A DNA stretch of 22,435 bases from Amoebophrya sp. A120 (GCA_905178155.1 CAJINV010000025.1:380475-402909), one strand, 5' to 3'. Positions 8,092 through 18,840 are shown, counted from the stretch's first letter. The notes: generated by a model from the sequence alone, not told the origin. Numbers and translations: made by a program.

Positions 8092-10700
8092 TCCTCGAAT
8101 GCTATGCGATAGGTATCAACCTTGAAACACTATCATGTCCGCAGCGTCTTGCCAAGGTCTTCGCCTATGTGGCACATGTGCCACCAGACGACTCCAGCAC
8201 CGACGCAGAGCTTTGAACCCCTCGCGGGGCTTCCCGCCCGTGGGCACTACGAAATTTCGTATAACGCCGTACCTGGTGGCAGGCACGCAAAAGCATCTGT
8301 CAGAGGGCATGATGCGTGATGTGTGAGACTACATTCAGCTTGCCGCTGAAGCTGCTTCACATCTAAAGACCGTGGCGCAAGTATCGATCGAAATGACGCT
8401 CGCAGCGAGAACCGCATTGGTGCAGACATCAGGAACAATAAGGAATTGATTTTGCCGGAGCTCACACAGACGCCCGCCCCCCTAGGGGACGCGTAGGCTC
8501 CTCCAGGCTCCGACGTTCACATGTTCTTGAGATGATCGCGCGGTCCTCTTGAAAGTAGACCCAGCAAATTCACAGAGGGGCGCTACACTACACTTTCCGC
8601 CCAAAGCGTTTGAGGGGATTGCTTTCCCGCTGTCTAATTATCTAAAAATGATCAGTTCTCTACGAAAGTGAAGTGTTGGAATCGGTCCAAAAATGCCTGG
8701 AAATGATGAATGCAGCGGTCGCTGTGTCGGATCGAAAAATGCGAAACATCGAATGCAAAGATGGTCGGTCTTGGGTAGTGGAAATGAGTGCCCATGTCTC
8801 GTCCACCAAAGTCGGTTTCTGTTTAAAGAAGATTTTTGAATTGATTCTAGTATGGCTCCTGCTAGAGTAGAACAGGCCACGTCTGGTGCAGTAGCCCCAC
8901 GCACCGCCTGGAGGTCCCTCTGGTGATAAGTACAGCAACACTGTGAGAGTTGTACCAGCCTGCTCTTGTGCGTATACCTCTACCACTTACCTAAAATAAC
9001 GCATCGCACTTTTTACGCAAAGATCATGTCGATGTGCAGCTACAATGTCGCACTAGGTAGAAGATCAAATTGGTAGTGACCGGAGGCGCACTTGCAAGCA
9101 GTTTTCGCTGGGGGCGAAAGATTTGTTTCTGTTGCTGTTCGCAAACAAGATTCCGACCTGATTATCGATACGCAGACGACGTTCTTTGACGACTACCGCA
9201 TGCAGACTCTGATACCGATCACGACCCGACAAACGACTTGTGACTTACGCTATTACTATGCGGATACGATGCGGAAGGAAGATTTGTTCTTGGGCGACGT
9301 GATGAGAAATTTGTCTTGGACAAGGAGACACCGGCCTGAAACTTGTGACGCAACATTTTCGCGCGGGGATTTTTTTTTACTGGGATACATGGAAGAGAAG
9401 ATTGGAGTTTGTCATGCTGGATTTCGACGACTTGGGTTTTGGCCACCTGATTGAGAACTCGACCCAGTGCAGAGGCGACGATGTCAATTTGTGTTTGCAC
9501 TTGATAGATCCGACTCGGCTTTCGAAATCTGTGGCTCCAGTTTGGTTTGTTTGTTTCAGAGGAAACGGAAAAAAAGGCTATAGCAGAGGCGATTTCATCT
9601 TCATCCTGTGACGCTAGTTCATCTTCTGGTGAAAATTTGTATAATAATTCAGGAACAGCTGGCTCTAGTACAAGAACAGCTGCTAGTGAAGAAGATAATT
9701 CTCGCCCAGCAGAACACATCATGATAAATCTTGTGGAAGACAGGTGCTTGAAAGTCGAGGCTTTACGGGCTGCTGCGGTGGGAGGAATAAAAGCTGCGAA
9801 TTTGTAGTAAAAGGCTCAACAATAGAGACATAGCCGCGATCTCTTCGGTAAGAGCTTTGGTTTGCCGTAAGACTAAGTCGTGCTCTGTTGTTCTTTCCAT
9901 GCTGCACCAATTTCTCAACGAAGAAGTAGTCGTGCACTGGTTATATATATATTCGATGCACCAATTTCAATATCGTCTATCTTCGAGTTTCATCATACAC
10001 CGTGACACTTGTTGTCACCTGCGAACTATTTTCGGTCAACCTCAACAATGATACCGCTTCGGTGACGTGAAGAATCGAATTTTGCAGTTTTGCCAAGCCG
10101 CACCGTTTCGGTCATTTCAAAAACGTTCTTGTCTAGACCTAAAATGAAAATCGGTCGTGCAGCGTATCGTGCAAAATTTTCTGTACGTGCGTATGGTGCA
10201 AAATTTTTTGTATTCTATCCGAATTATCGTGCAACTTCTGCTTTTCAACTACTTCGGTGTTGGTACTATCTTGTCCAAGGTTGACGCTGGCTATAATTTT
10301 TCACCCCGTCGGTCGTGCAACGAGATCACTCGTTTTTGCAACAGCATGTCGGTTGTTCTCGCCGTGCACAATATGTTGATTATCGTACACAATTCGTACG
10401 CAACATCCCACATCCACAACAGGACAATGTGAAGCTTTTGTTCTTCGCGGAATTATAAACGCTTCTACTTTGCCCCTACAAGTTTACATAAATCACTAAC
10501 GACGGCTGCTCATCTCACAGATATTGAATTTATATTTTATTGAAGTACTATTCACACCAAAAGAAAACGAAATTGAATATAAAATTATTGACCACGACGA
10601 GACAACAAAACTAAGTACTCAAAGAAACACGAAGCGGAAGCGGTGAAGAGAAACACGCATAAGAGAAGCGGAATCGTGCGTTCCTGCTGCCCACAACAAG

Positions 10701-11609
10701 TATGAGATGGACTGAGCGATTCAAAATCAACGGATTCAAAAATTTTCTTTCATGTTCCAAGCTTTTCCTGACTCTTGAAAAGAACAGCAGCATGGATGGG
10801 CTGTGTTCTGGGTGTTTTTTTGCGTTCGCCGAAACGTCGCCCAGAAGAGTATCAAGCGAACAAGCTAGGTCGATCTCAACTTGACTTCGTGACTTAGGCG
10901 TACGTGAACGCAGAAAAACCGGGAAGGGGAACAAGGCGAGTGTCTGCATTCATAAACGTGAAGAATTCGCAGAAGCAAGGGGCAACAGAGTAGGCTACAC
11001 AGCGGATACCCTCGAAGCCCAAGCCTGCCACTATTTGGCCCCAAGGCGCTTTTTTTGTTGGCATTTTTTGTTGCATTTTTTTGTTGGCATAGTAGCCCGC
11101 GCGGCCTCCGTGGACCTGGTCGAGGCTGCCGCAGGTTTACAACCTTTACGCGAGCAGGCCCAAAGGCATTCCCACCACGGCGCACCAGAAGCCGCCGGCC
11201 ATGCCCGGCGGTCGGCCCGCTTGGGTTTTGGAATGGGCCTTGGGTTGCCCTTCACATGGCTGACGCGCGTTTTTCCCGGGACACAACTTGGCGGCACTGT
11301 TGCGTCTTGTTTTTCCGATCATTTCAAGGCTTCATGCGCACGCGCTGACTTCATCCCCTACTTTGCAGCCTGTAAGTATAAAATGGCAAGTAGTTGCCTC
11401 AAGTTGAGACCGGCCACGTTGGCCTCTTTCGTAGTCTTCGGCCTACATATTTTACTTCCATAACCCGGCGCCGACATCTCCGCCACTTACCTGAAACTGC
11501 TCCGCGCGACGCCGAATCCGGGGACGTTTTGGAGGAGTTGATGGGATGCGTTTTAGTTGAAAAAAAATTTTTGAATCGCTTGGGTTTGAATCGCTCAGTC
11601 CATCTCATA
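10701..11609. mobile_element. 909-bp non-autonomous TIR element with TAT...ATA ends
   Basis: tatgagatggactgagcgattcaaa / tttgaatcgctcagtccatctcata is a perfect 25-bp TIR, extending imperfectly to ~50 bp. Perfect TSD acaag. The empty-site motif gcccacaaggtacct is visible at ~11718 and ~15579. Confidence 0.93.
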
Positions 11610-11643
11610 ACAAGGTACCTAATTCATTCCCAATCTAGACAAC

Positions 11644-13410
11644 AAACACGAAGCGGAAGCGGTGAAGAGAAACACGCAATTCCTGCGGTGAACGAAGAGA
11701 AACGCGTGCGCTCCGGCCGCCCACAAGGTACCTACTTGATTCCCAATCTAGGCATTGCATTTTTCCAGACATCTCATGCTCGGCATCACAGATGATAGCT
11801 AGGACTAGGTCGCGCAGCACCAGCGCGAACCTCGTGAGCGCCAGAATGGGTTACTAACCACCTCTGTGGCCCCATTTTTGTTCTCCCGTGGCCAGCCCTT
11901 GCCTACAAAAATGGACGACACCGGGGGAGCACAGGAGACGCGCAGCCAATGCCCACGCCGATGTCGGTGCGCAATCAATCTGGAGAGGGAGGCGAAGATG
12001 GCGCGCGCATGCTAGAGAAGCACGCACTATCAAAGGAGCAACTAAATCACTTCACATCTGAATCATAGGGCCAAAAAAAAAAATTTTTGAGTATTAATAT
12101 AGCTTAGCATGAAGAAATGACTTCAGTTGTATGCACATGATGACGATGCGAATATGCCACCAGAATGGCAGTTTTGAAGGCTCAAATGAAGAGCTTTGAT
12201 TTTGAACTAGATAGTTGATAGCTGCAGGACGATCTAGATAAGTAGCTAGCTGAAGATCATGGTTTATTTGATGAAAAAACAAAGAATATTAGAAGGATTT
12301 CGCCTTGTGGCTTCCGGCCGGCAGCCTCTCGCCAAGCTGGAGCGAGGAGCTGCTACGCCTCCAATGTGGAGAGCTGCTGGGAGACATAAACCGCCAATGA
12401 GCCGAAGAGCTGGCACTCCGTGACGAAGCAGCCCAACGGATTCGGAGCTGGTACTCCGTGACGAAGCAGGCCAACGGATTCGCCCGAATCCGTTGGGCTG
12501 CTTCGTCACGGAGTTCCAGCCCTCCGGCAGAAGAAGCACACATTCTTCCCCGCAGAGCTCCACGTTGGCGACGTCCCAGCTCCTCCAGCCTGGCGGGAGG
12601 CTGCCTGCCGGAAGCCACCAGGCGAAATCCCTTTACTTTTCTTTGTTTTTTCATTAAATAAACCATGATCTTCAGCTACTTATTTAACTAGATCTTCCTG
12701 CAGCTATCAACTACCTAGTTTAATTAAGAAGCTCAACAGCAGAGCCTTCTTCTGCCGTACCTGGTTTGCATTCTGCATCATATCAACGCAATCATTCATA
12801 AGTGAAAGCCACATGATTTGTTACTTGAAATACATTAAAAAAATTTTTTTTTTGGCCCTATGATTCAGATGTGAAGTGATTCATTTGCTCCTTTGATAGC
12901 ACGCGCGGCTTGTTTACTCATCTTGACGCGAATATATATAATTTAGCGAGCTCGTGGCCCCTCTCTCCGGCGACGCAGTGGCCCGCCACTGCCCGCTAGC
13001 GACCTCTGTTGGGGAGGGTTCGGGACTTGTTGCAGCCTCTGTTGCACCCGGCGCTGCGACCTCTCGGCGCAGTGCTGGAGCACGGTTCGACCCACGTCTG
13101 TGGGCGGACAAGTGCGACGCCCGCAGCCACCTCTGTGGCGCGGACGTCGCGGCGCGGTCCCTGCTGCACGCCTCGCTACTGTATCTAGTAGCACAAAAGA
13201 CGCTGCGAAGCAGCGCAGATACACTTTATACAGAGCCGGAGTTGTTCCACCACTGTGAAGGGTGTCGTGGCCTTTTGTTGAGAACATACGGACTAGAGCA
13301 GCGGCCCCATGCGGCCGCAGAACTGCGGGGATTTGGGAAGTAGTTTGTGTTCGCCTCACGATGATCACCAAGATGCTACCCAAGTCACATCATGGATCAG
13401 GTACCAACAG
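11644..13410 (+). repeat. ~0.9-kb backbone repeat, copy A (contains the 12028-12898 foldback); a partial extra copy of its first ~105 bp starts at 10625
   Basis: Collinear blocks shared with 13411-22165: gcggtgaagagaaacacgca; gcccacaaggtacct; taggtcgcgcagcaccagcgcgaacctcgtgagc; gcctacaaaaatg; ggaggcgaagatg; cccgctagcgacctctg; gtgctggagcacgg; cggcgcggtccctgctgc; aggtaccaacagggcggaagc. Confidence 0.88.
12028..12898. mobile_element. 871-bp foldback element (palindromic over its whole length), TAT...ATA ends
   Basis: The start tatcaaaggagcaa..aatcacttcacatctgaatcatagggccaaaaa pairs with the end ttttggccctatgattcagatgtgaagtgatt..ttgctcctttgata. The arms stay complementary to a centre at ~12483 (aacggattcg-cc-cgaatccgtt). 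Flanked by gcac; absent from backbone copy B at ~16805. Confidence 0.93.
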
Positions 13411-13448
13411 GGCGGAAGCCGAAGCGGTGAAGAGAAACACGCATTACG

Positions 13449-14031
13449 TATCAAATGTAAAAATGTCTGGGTCTGGAAGATTCTAAACCTGTAATGCTGT
13501 CTCTGGATTCTAAAAAATTTGTATTGCATGACCAGCAAAAGGACTCCAGTTTGTGCTACGTGAAGAGGGCATTTCTCATGCGGTAGAGGCACCACAAAGT
13601 CCTCTGAAAATCTGTGATGCTAGGGCATGCATCACAGACATCATCGGCCATTCAAAATATGCATGACAAACCTGGCAATCTTCCAGACCCAGACACTTTT
13701 GCAATGGATAGGTGGGCGCGACCTGCCACCCGGTGGGGCGGGAGGAATTCGACGTGCCTCCACCAGCACTATCAAGTGTAAAAGTGTCTGGGTCTGGAAG
13801 ATTGCAACTTGTCATGCTAAATCTGAAGCATGCAAAAATTTGTTTTGCATGAGTGCCAAAAGCTGTCCGCTTTTGACCAAGTTGAGAGGGAGTTTCTCAT
13901 GCAGGAAAGGCATGATAGAGCCCTCAAAGAATCTGTCATGCTGGGTCTCGCATTCCAGACCTCATGAGTCATGGAAAACCTGCATCACAAATCTTGTATT
14001 TTTCCAGACCCAGACATTTTTACATTTGATA
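13449..14031. mobile_element. Composite element: two family-1 introners (13449-13710, 13770-14031) enclosing a 59-bp exon-like fragment
   Basis: The TSD ttacg flanks only the outer ends (13444-13448 and 14032-14036). The inner flanks (ggtgg, agcac) match neither outer flank. Confidence 0.88.
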
Positions 14032-14065
14032 TTACGAATACCAAAACGAAAACCGAACTTCAAGA

Positions 14066-14372
14066 TATCAAAGTGAAAAAAGCCCCCACCCCATATTCAA
14101 AAGACGATTTGTGTTGGTGGATTCGTGTACTACGCAAATGAGCTTTGTAATTGCAGCAAGAGCTTGTCTGCATATAATTCTATAGCCCATTTGGGTGCTG
14201 CGCGCCCGGCTAGCAGCTGAGCATGTGAAACAAGGCTGACATATTAGGCGAAAACGCATGACAGACTCGCTGAACAATGCGCCACAAGGGTTCCGCTTGC
14301 CTTGTACGCAAGACAAAGCATCGCAAATTTTCCTCTCGATGTGGGGACGGGGGTGGATTTTTCCTTACGATA
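14066..14372. mobile_element. Introner-type element, family 3
   Basis: tatcaaagtgaaaaaagcccccaccccatat ... ggggtggatttttccttacgata; TSD caaga/cgcga (3 of 5 match). Confidence 0.83.
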
Positions 14373-14399
14373 CGCGACTCGCTTTCTCCGCGGCCTGCA

Positions 14400-14550
14400 T
14401 ATGAACTGCAAAAGTATCGTATAAATGCATGACAAATTCCCTCAGCATGAGATTGAGCAATTAAAATTTGTAAGTATATGCGTATGTGACTTAACAAAAA
14501 GATTTGTAATGCATGACTGCAATACGAGTACGATACTTTTGCACAGGATT
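14400..14550. mobile_element. Introner-type element, family 2
   Basis: tatgaactgcaaaagtatcgta ... tacgatacttttgcacaggat; right end and TSD are degenerate. Confidence 0.83.
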
Positions 14551-14603
14551 GCTTTCTATAGTTAGAACTCCGCGCCAGCTCCTTCACGACGATCGAACTG
14601 TCC

Positions 14604-14969
14604 TATCCTGTGCAAAAGTATCGGATTCGTATTGCAGTCATGCATTACAACAAATCTTTTTGTTAAGGTAAATCAGCATTGCAAATCAGTCAGGGTAGAG
14701 GAGCAATCCTCGGGCACATAGATAACAAAACGCTGCACATCTGAAAGAGTTTTTTTGAAAGAAGAAAAGAACAGACGTGCACCATCAGAAGTGTAGTGCT
14801 GGCGGTAGCACTTGTGCTGCACCATCAGAAGTGCGTAACTCGCATGCCGGGCGTGCCATGTCAGGATGTCAGGATAACGCAGAAGCTCAGTCAGTCAGTC
14901 AGCATTGCAAATTTTATCTCTCATGCTGAGAAATGCACTTATACGAGTACGATACTTGTGTAGTTCATA
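14604..14969. mobile_element. Introner-type element, family 2, inverted, with a ~0.21-kb internal insertion
   Basis: tatcctgtgcaaaagtatcg ... cgatacttgtgtagttcata; perfect TSD tgtcc. Confidence 0.9.
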
Positions 14970-14991
14970 TGTCCGGCGGGAAAATATCGAT

Positions 14992-15566
14992 ATGAGAGTG
15001 CAAAAAAACAACTCGATCTCCACGTACTACCCAGCTGCAGCCGCCCGGGACGAGAGTGCGGCTCTACTGCTGAGCGCGGAAGATAACGCAGTGGGACAGC
15101 ACGTTGAACAGGAGACGGAAAATGTTGAAAAAACCCCCGCCCACGGGGGCTGTTGCCAAGACTGCTGCACGAAAAAGTGCGTGCTCATCCTTCTCCTCAT
15201 ATTTCTCGTTCTCGCAGGCGGTGCTTGCGTTTTAATTTTCGTTCCCTGGTTCGACGTATCAAATGTAAAAATGTCTGGGTCTGGAAGGATGCGAACTTGT
15301 GATGCTGTCTTCGGATTCTAAAAAAATCTGTATTGCATGACAAGCAATTATAGGGCTCCAGTTTGTGCTTCGCGGGAGGGCATTTGTCATGCGGAATAGG
15401 CATCAAGAGGGCCTCTAAAGCTCTGTGATCATGCTAGGTCATGCATTCCAGACCTCATAGGTCATGGAAAACCTGCATCACAAGTCTTGCAACCTTCAAG
15501 ACCCAGACATATTTGCAATCCATACGACGGTTGGAGTGAATCTTTGTACACGAGATGGAGAGGAGG
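14992..15566 (+). pseudogene. Captured N-terminal fragment of a single-pass (probably type II) membrane protein gene, containing one introner
   Basis: MRVQKNNSISTYYPAAAARDESAALLLSAEDNAVGQHVEQETENVEKTPAHGGCCQDCCTKKCVLILLLIFLVLAGGACVLIFVPWFD continues in frame as GWSESLYTRWRG after removing 15257-15529. It then runs into backbone repeat DNA and stops at ~15650. Confidence 0.65.
15257..15524. mobile_element. Introner, family 1
   Basis: tatcaaatgtaaaaatgtctgggtctggaag ... agacccagacatatttgcaatccata; perfect TSD cgacg. Confidence 0.94.
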
Positions 15567-15677
15567 TGCGTTCCTGTCGCCCACAAGGTACCTAATTCAT
15601 TCTCATATTCTAAGCATAAGGCACTCCAGATCGGTCACATAATTCTAGGCATCAACTGCACAAATAGGACTAGGTCG

Positions 15678-15934
15678 TATGGATTGCAAAAATGTCTGGG
15701 TCTGGAAGAATGCAAGTTTGTCATGCTTGTCTGGCATGGCTCGAAAATCTGTGTTGCATAGGCGCGAAAAGGCCCTCTTGCCTGTCATGCAAAAACCCAG
15801 TTTGCCTTTGCCATGCGGAATACGTAAGACATGGCAGCCAAAAAATTTGTCATGCGTAGGTGCGTATTGCAGTGCGTCTACCATTCACTTTTAGCATTAC
15901 AAGTTTCCAGACCCAAACATTTTTACATTTGATA
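15678..15934. mobile_element. Introner-type element, family 1, inserted in backbone DNA
   Basis: tatggattgcaaaaatgtctgggtctggaa ... ttccagacccaaacatttttacatttgata; perfect TSD ggtcg. The empty site taggtcgc is seen at ~11806 and ~16540. Confidence 0.95.
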
Positions 15935-15995
15935 GGTCGCCAGACATCACCACCAGCGCGAAGAACCTCGTGAGCCCTGGGGGTATTGTGCGGGA

Positions 15996-16205
15996 TATCC
16001 CACGAAAAAACTGTTTTACTGTGATGATCTTGCAAGATCTGCATCACAGGTTTGTATACACATGACACAGAAAATTTGCATTGTGCGCTTCCCAAGGGAA
16101 AACACGCTAAAAAATCCAATGTCTTGCAGGCGTAGCAAGACAAATCGTTCCGTGCTCCATTCTCTGCATCACAAGTTCACAGTGAAACAGTTTTTTCTTG
16201 CGATA
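15996..16205. mobile_element. Introner-type element, family 5
   Basis: tatcccacgaaaaaactgtttt ... aaacagttttttcttgcgata; perfect TSD cggga. Confidence 0.94.
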
Positions 16206-16253
16206 CGGGAGCAAAACAAAGTGAAGTGGAAATATCAAAGCGACGCAAGCTGT

Positions 16254-16466
16254 TATCCCACGAAAAAAGTGTTACAGTTACACATTTGTTGTCAATTCCG
16301 CAACACAAATTTTCTCTGCATGAGAGAGAAAACTTGTAATGCGAAGATCATAAGGGAAAACAGGAAGGAAAGGAGGCTCCGAAGCATTTCCTGCATGAGA
16401 AAGGTTGTCTCTGTTGCCAGTCTTGCATGACAATGTGTAACTGTTGTAACACTTTTTTCTTCTATA
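16254..16466. mobile_element. Introner-type element, family 4, right flank replaced
   Basis: tatcccacgaaaaaagtgttacagttacac ... gtgtaactgttgtaacacttttttcttctata; the left flank gctgt has no matching right copy. Confidence 0.85.
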
Positions 16467-16837
16467 ATTCATTCTCATATTCTAAGCATAACGCACTCCA
16501 GATCGATCACATTCTAGGCATGATCACAAATAGGACTACTAGGTCGCGCAGCACCAGCGCGAACCTCGTGAGCAGGGCCGGAATTTTTATGGGCCAACCA
16601 CCTCTGTGGAAGGAAGGACCCCACTTTTGTTCTCCCGTGGCGGCGGTGGCCACGGCCAGAATTTCTGCCTACAAAAATGAAAATAAATGGAGGACAGCGG
16701 GGGAGCGCAGCAGGAGCAGACACACAGCCAATGCCTACGCCGATGGCGGTGCGCGAACTGGTAGGAGGGAGGCGAAGATGACGCTCGCATGCTAGTAGAG
16801 AAGCGTTCGCGGCTTGATGTTGGTCACCCTTTTTTAT

Positions 16838-17960
16838 GTTCACACACGACTCGCAAGGCACATCCTGACGTCTATGGCGCGAATACTCCAAAAACAGAAA
16901 TAGTCGCCCTCTACCAAAATAGCTTGCACTCAGCAAAAACGATCGATGAGAGATGATATTGATGATCCCCCCATTGTAGTTGACACGTTTTGATCGCCCC
17001 CCTTCCCCCCTTTCCACCGGTGGCGGTGGAAAGGGGGGCAAGAAAAAGTAAAGAGGCAGGGACTGACGTACTTTTCGTATACCCATCGGCAAGTGATAGG
17101 CACACTTTTGCCAATCGACCCGCTGTGGTAGGCATTTGTTACGTACTTAGTTATGGTGCTGGGGTGGTTTAGTATGACGAAGGAACGACGGGGAGATGAT
17201 GAAGGGGCGTTGAGCGCTCGTCGGACTTTCCCTCTTCAGCTGAAGACCGTTACTTCGGCGAAGTTTCGACATTGTCATTTGTATTGCTGGAAATTAGCTG
17301 TTGATATGATAGCCTGTTTGTTCAGAAGAAGCGATGAGATGCTGCATTTTTCTGGATCTTTTCCGCTATTGAAAGCGGGGCGCTTTATAGGAGAGGAATA
17401 GCGACATGCTTGGCATTTTTGTGGAGCTTTCCACTGCGCGGCTAGCTAGCGAATTTACTAAGGGCTGGCGCATGATTAAGGCGCTGACCCATTCTCGTCG
17501 TGCCATAGTTCTGGTGCTTTGCCTGTGCTGAACAAAGAACGGGCACACCTTGTCGCGCTCATCGAGTTTTACCAAAGTGCAGGGGCGATTCCAGAATCCC
17601 AACTTTGATCCCGCCAAACTCTCGCCCTGGAAACTTTCCTGGGCCGGGTATCAATGCTCAGCCCTTCCCCAGCTTGGAATTGAAGCTCGGGGCAGGTGGT
17701 TTCCGTGGATTCCGGGGTCGGAATTCGCCAAACTTGGGACTCAGGAATCGGCCGTAGTTTTCATGAATTCCGTTTCGGAATTCGCGAAAGTCCGGCCCCG
17801 AGCCCGGCATCAAAGTCGGCAGCTTTCGCGAATTCTTACTCGGAATTCATGAATGTTGGGCCTCGGGTTGCTAAATAGGCCTCTTCCCGTGGTGGATGTG
17901 AAGTGGCGTTGAGTTCACACACGACTCGCAAGGCACATCCTGACGTCTATGGCGCGAATA
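16838..17960. repeat. Perfect 48-bp direct repeat pair (16838-16885, 17913-17960) bracketing a 1027-bp cassette
   Basis: gttcacacacgactcgcaaggcacatcctgacgtctatggcgcgaata occurs twice, 1075 bp apart. Confidence 0.95.
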
Positions 17961-18704
17961 TGTAGAATCCAGGGGCTCGTCGTAGCCCCTTCTTCCGGCG
18001 ACGTAGTGGCCGAGCGAGCTTTGCGAGGGGAGGGCGCACGCTCGCCCCTCGTAGCGAGCCGTCATTAAGTACCCGCTAGCGACCTCTGCTGTTGCAGCCT
18101 CTGTTGCACCCGGCGCTGCGACCTCTCGTCGCAGTGCTGGAGCACGGCTCGACCCAAGTGGTCTACTCTAAAACTTCAAATAAGCGGCAATGCCGTAAAG
18201 TCCTGCGAAATCCATGCCCCGCGAGCTTGCGCCTCTGTTGGCCTGGGACAGAGCGGAAAATATTTACTACAAAGGGCCGCCGCAGCACTGTGAGTGCATT
18301 TGGGGAGCAGGGCCTCGGTATTTGGAGAGGAGAAGTCCTTTCCTTTGTAAGCTGACCGCCTTTCACTACGCACCATAGCCAAAAGCTGGCAGCTGCAAAG
18401 TCGAAACCGCTGCGAAAGAGGCAAGACCAAGAAAGGCCACAAGTAAGTAGGAAAGGCCATGGGCCACCCCAGTAGCCCTGCCAAGCAAGAGGCTGCGCCC
18501 GTCGCAACGTCCTTCCGCCAACGAGTTTCCGGACCGGGCTACCTAGCGGCCGCCGTGTCGCCCTAGCTTTATTTCGGCCGTTTTAGGTGCATGGGAGTCC
18601 TACACTATTTTTTTAAAACTGTCCTTGTCCTACACTCAGGGATCCTACTTATACTCACGGCTCGAGACCTTAGACCCAGCCTCTCCTGCGCTCCGGCGCG
18701 CGTG

Positions 18705-18840
18705 TTGTCGCACACGCGCTGCGTGACAGGGCGACGCGGTGGGCCGGGGGCTGGCGCGACGTTCCGTTGCATGTCGAACACGCGCTGCGTGACACGGCGA
18801 GGCGGTCGCTGGCCCGGGATGGGGGCGACGTTCCGTTGCA
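18705..18840. repeat. Tandem duplication, ~67-bp unit, 2 copies
   Basis: acacgcgctgcgtgaca...gcgacgttccgttgca occurs twice. Confidence 0.85.

Larger units (their letters stand above)
7296..8264 (+). pseudogene. Possible decayed ORF with a Cys/His motif, interrupted by two introners
   Basis: After removing 7499-7712 and 7768-8096 one frame reads ...KLRILYTTAGINYA*CS*YNSSSECRRVEDSPAHFLECYAIGINLETLSCPQRLAKVFAYVAHVPPDDSSTDAEL*..., broken only by three TGA codons. No family confidently recognised. Confidence 0.3.

Noticed and set aside
11035-11463. Signal-peptide-like ORF (MAPRRFFCWHFLLHFFVGIV...)
   Set aside because: The hydrophobic stretch comes from a T-rich micro-repeat inside a TIR element, the start is not ATG, and no family is recognised.
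12264-12666. Mirror-image ORFs on both strands
   Set aside because: They are a by-product of the foldback palindrome.
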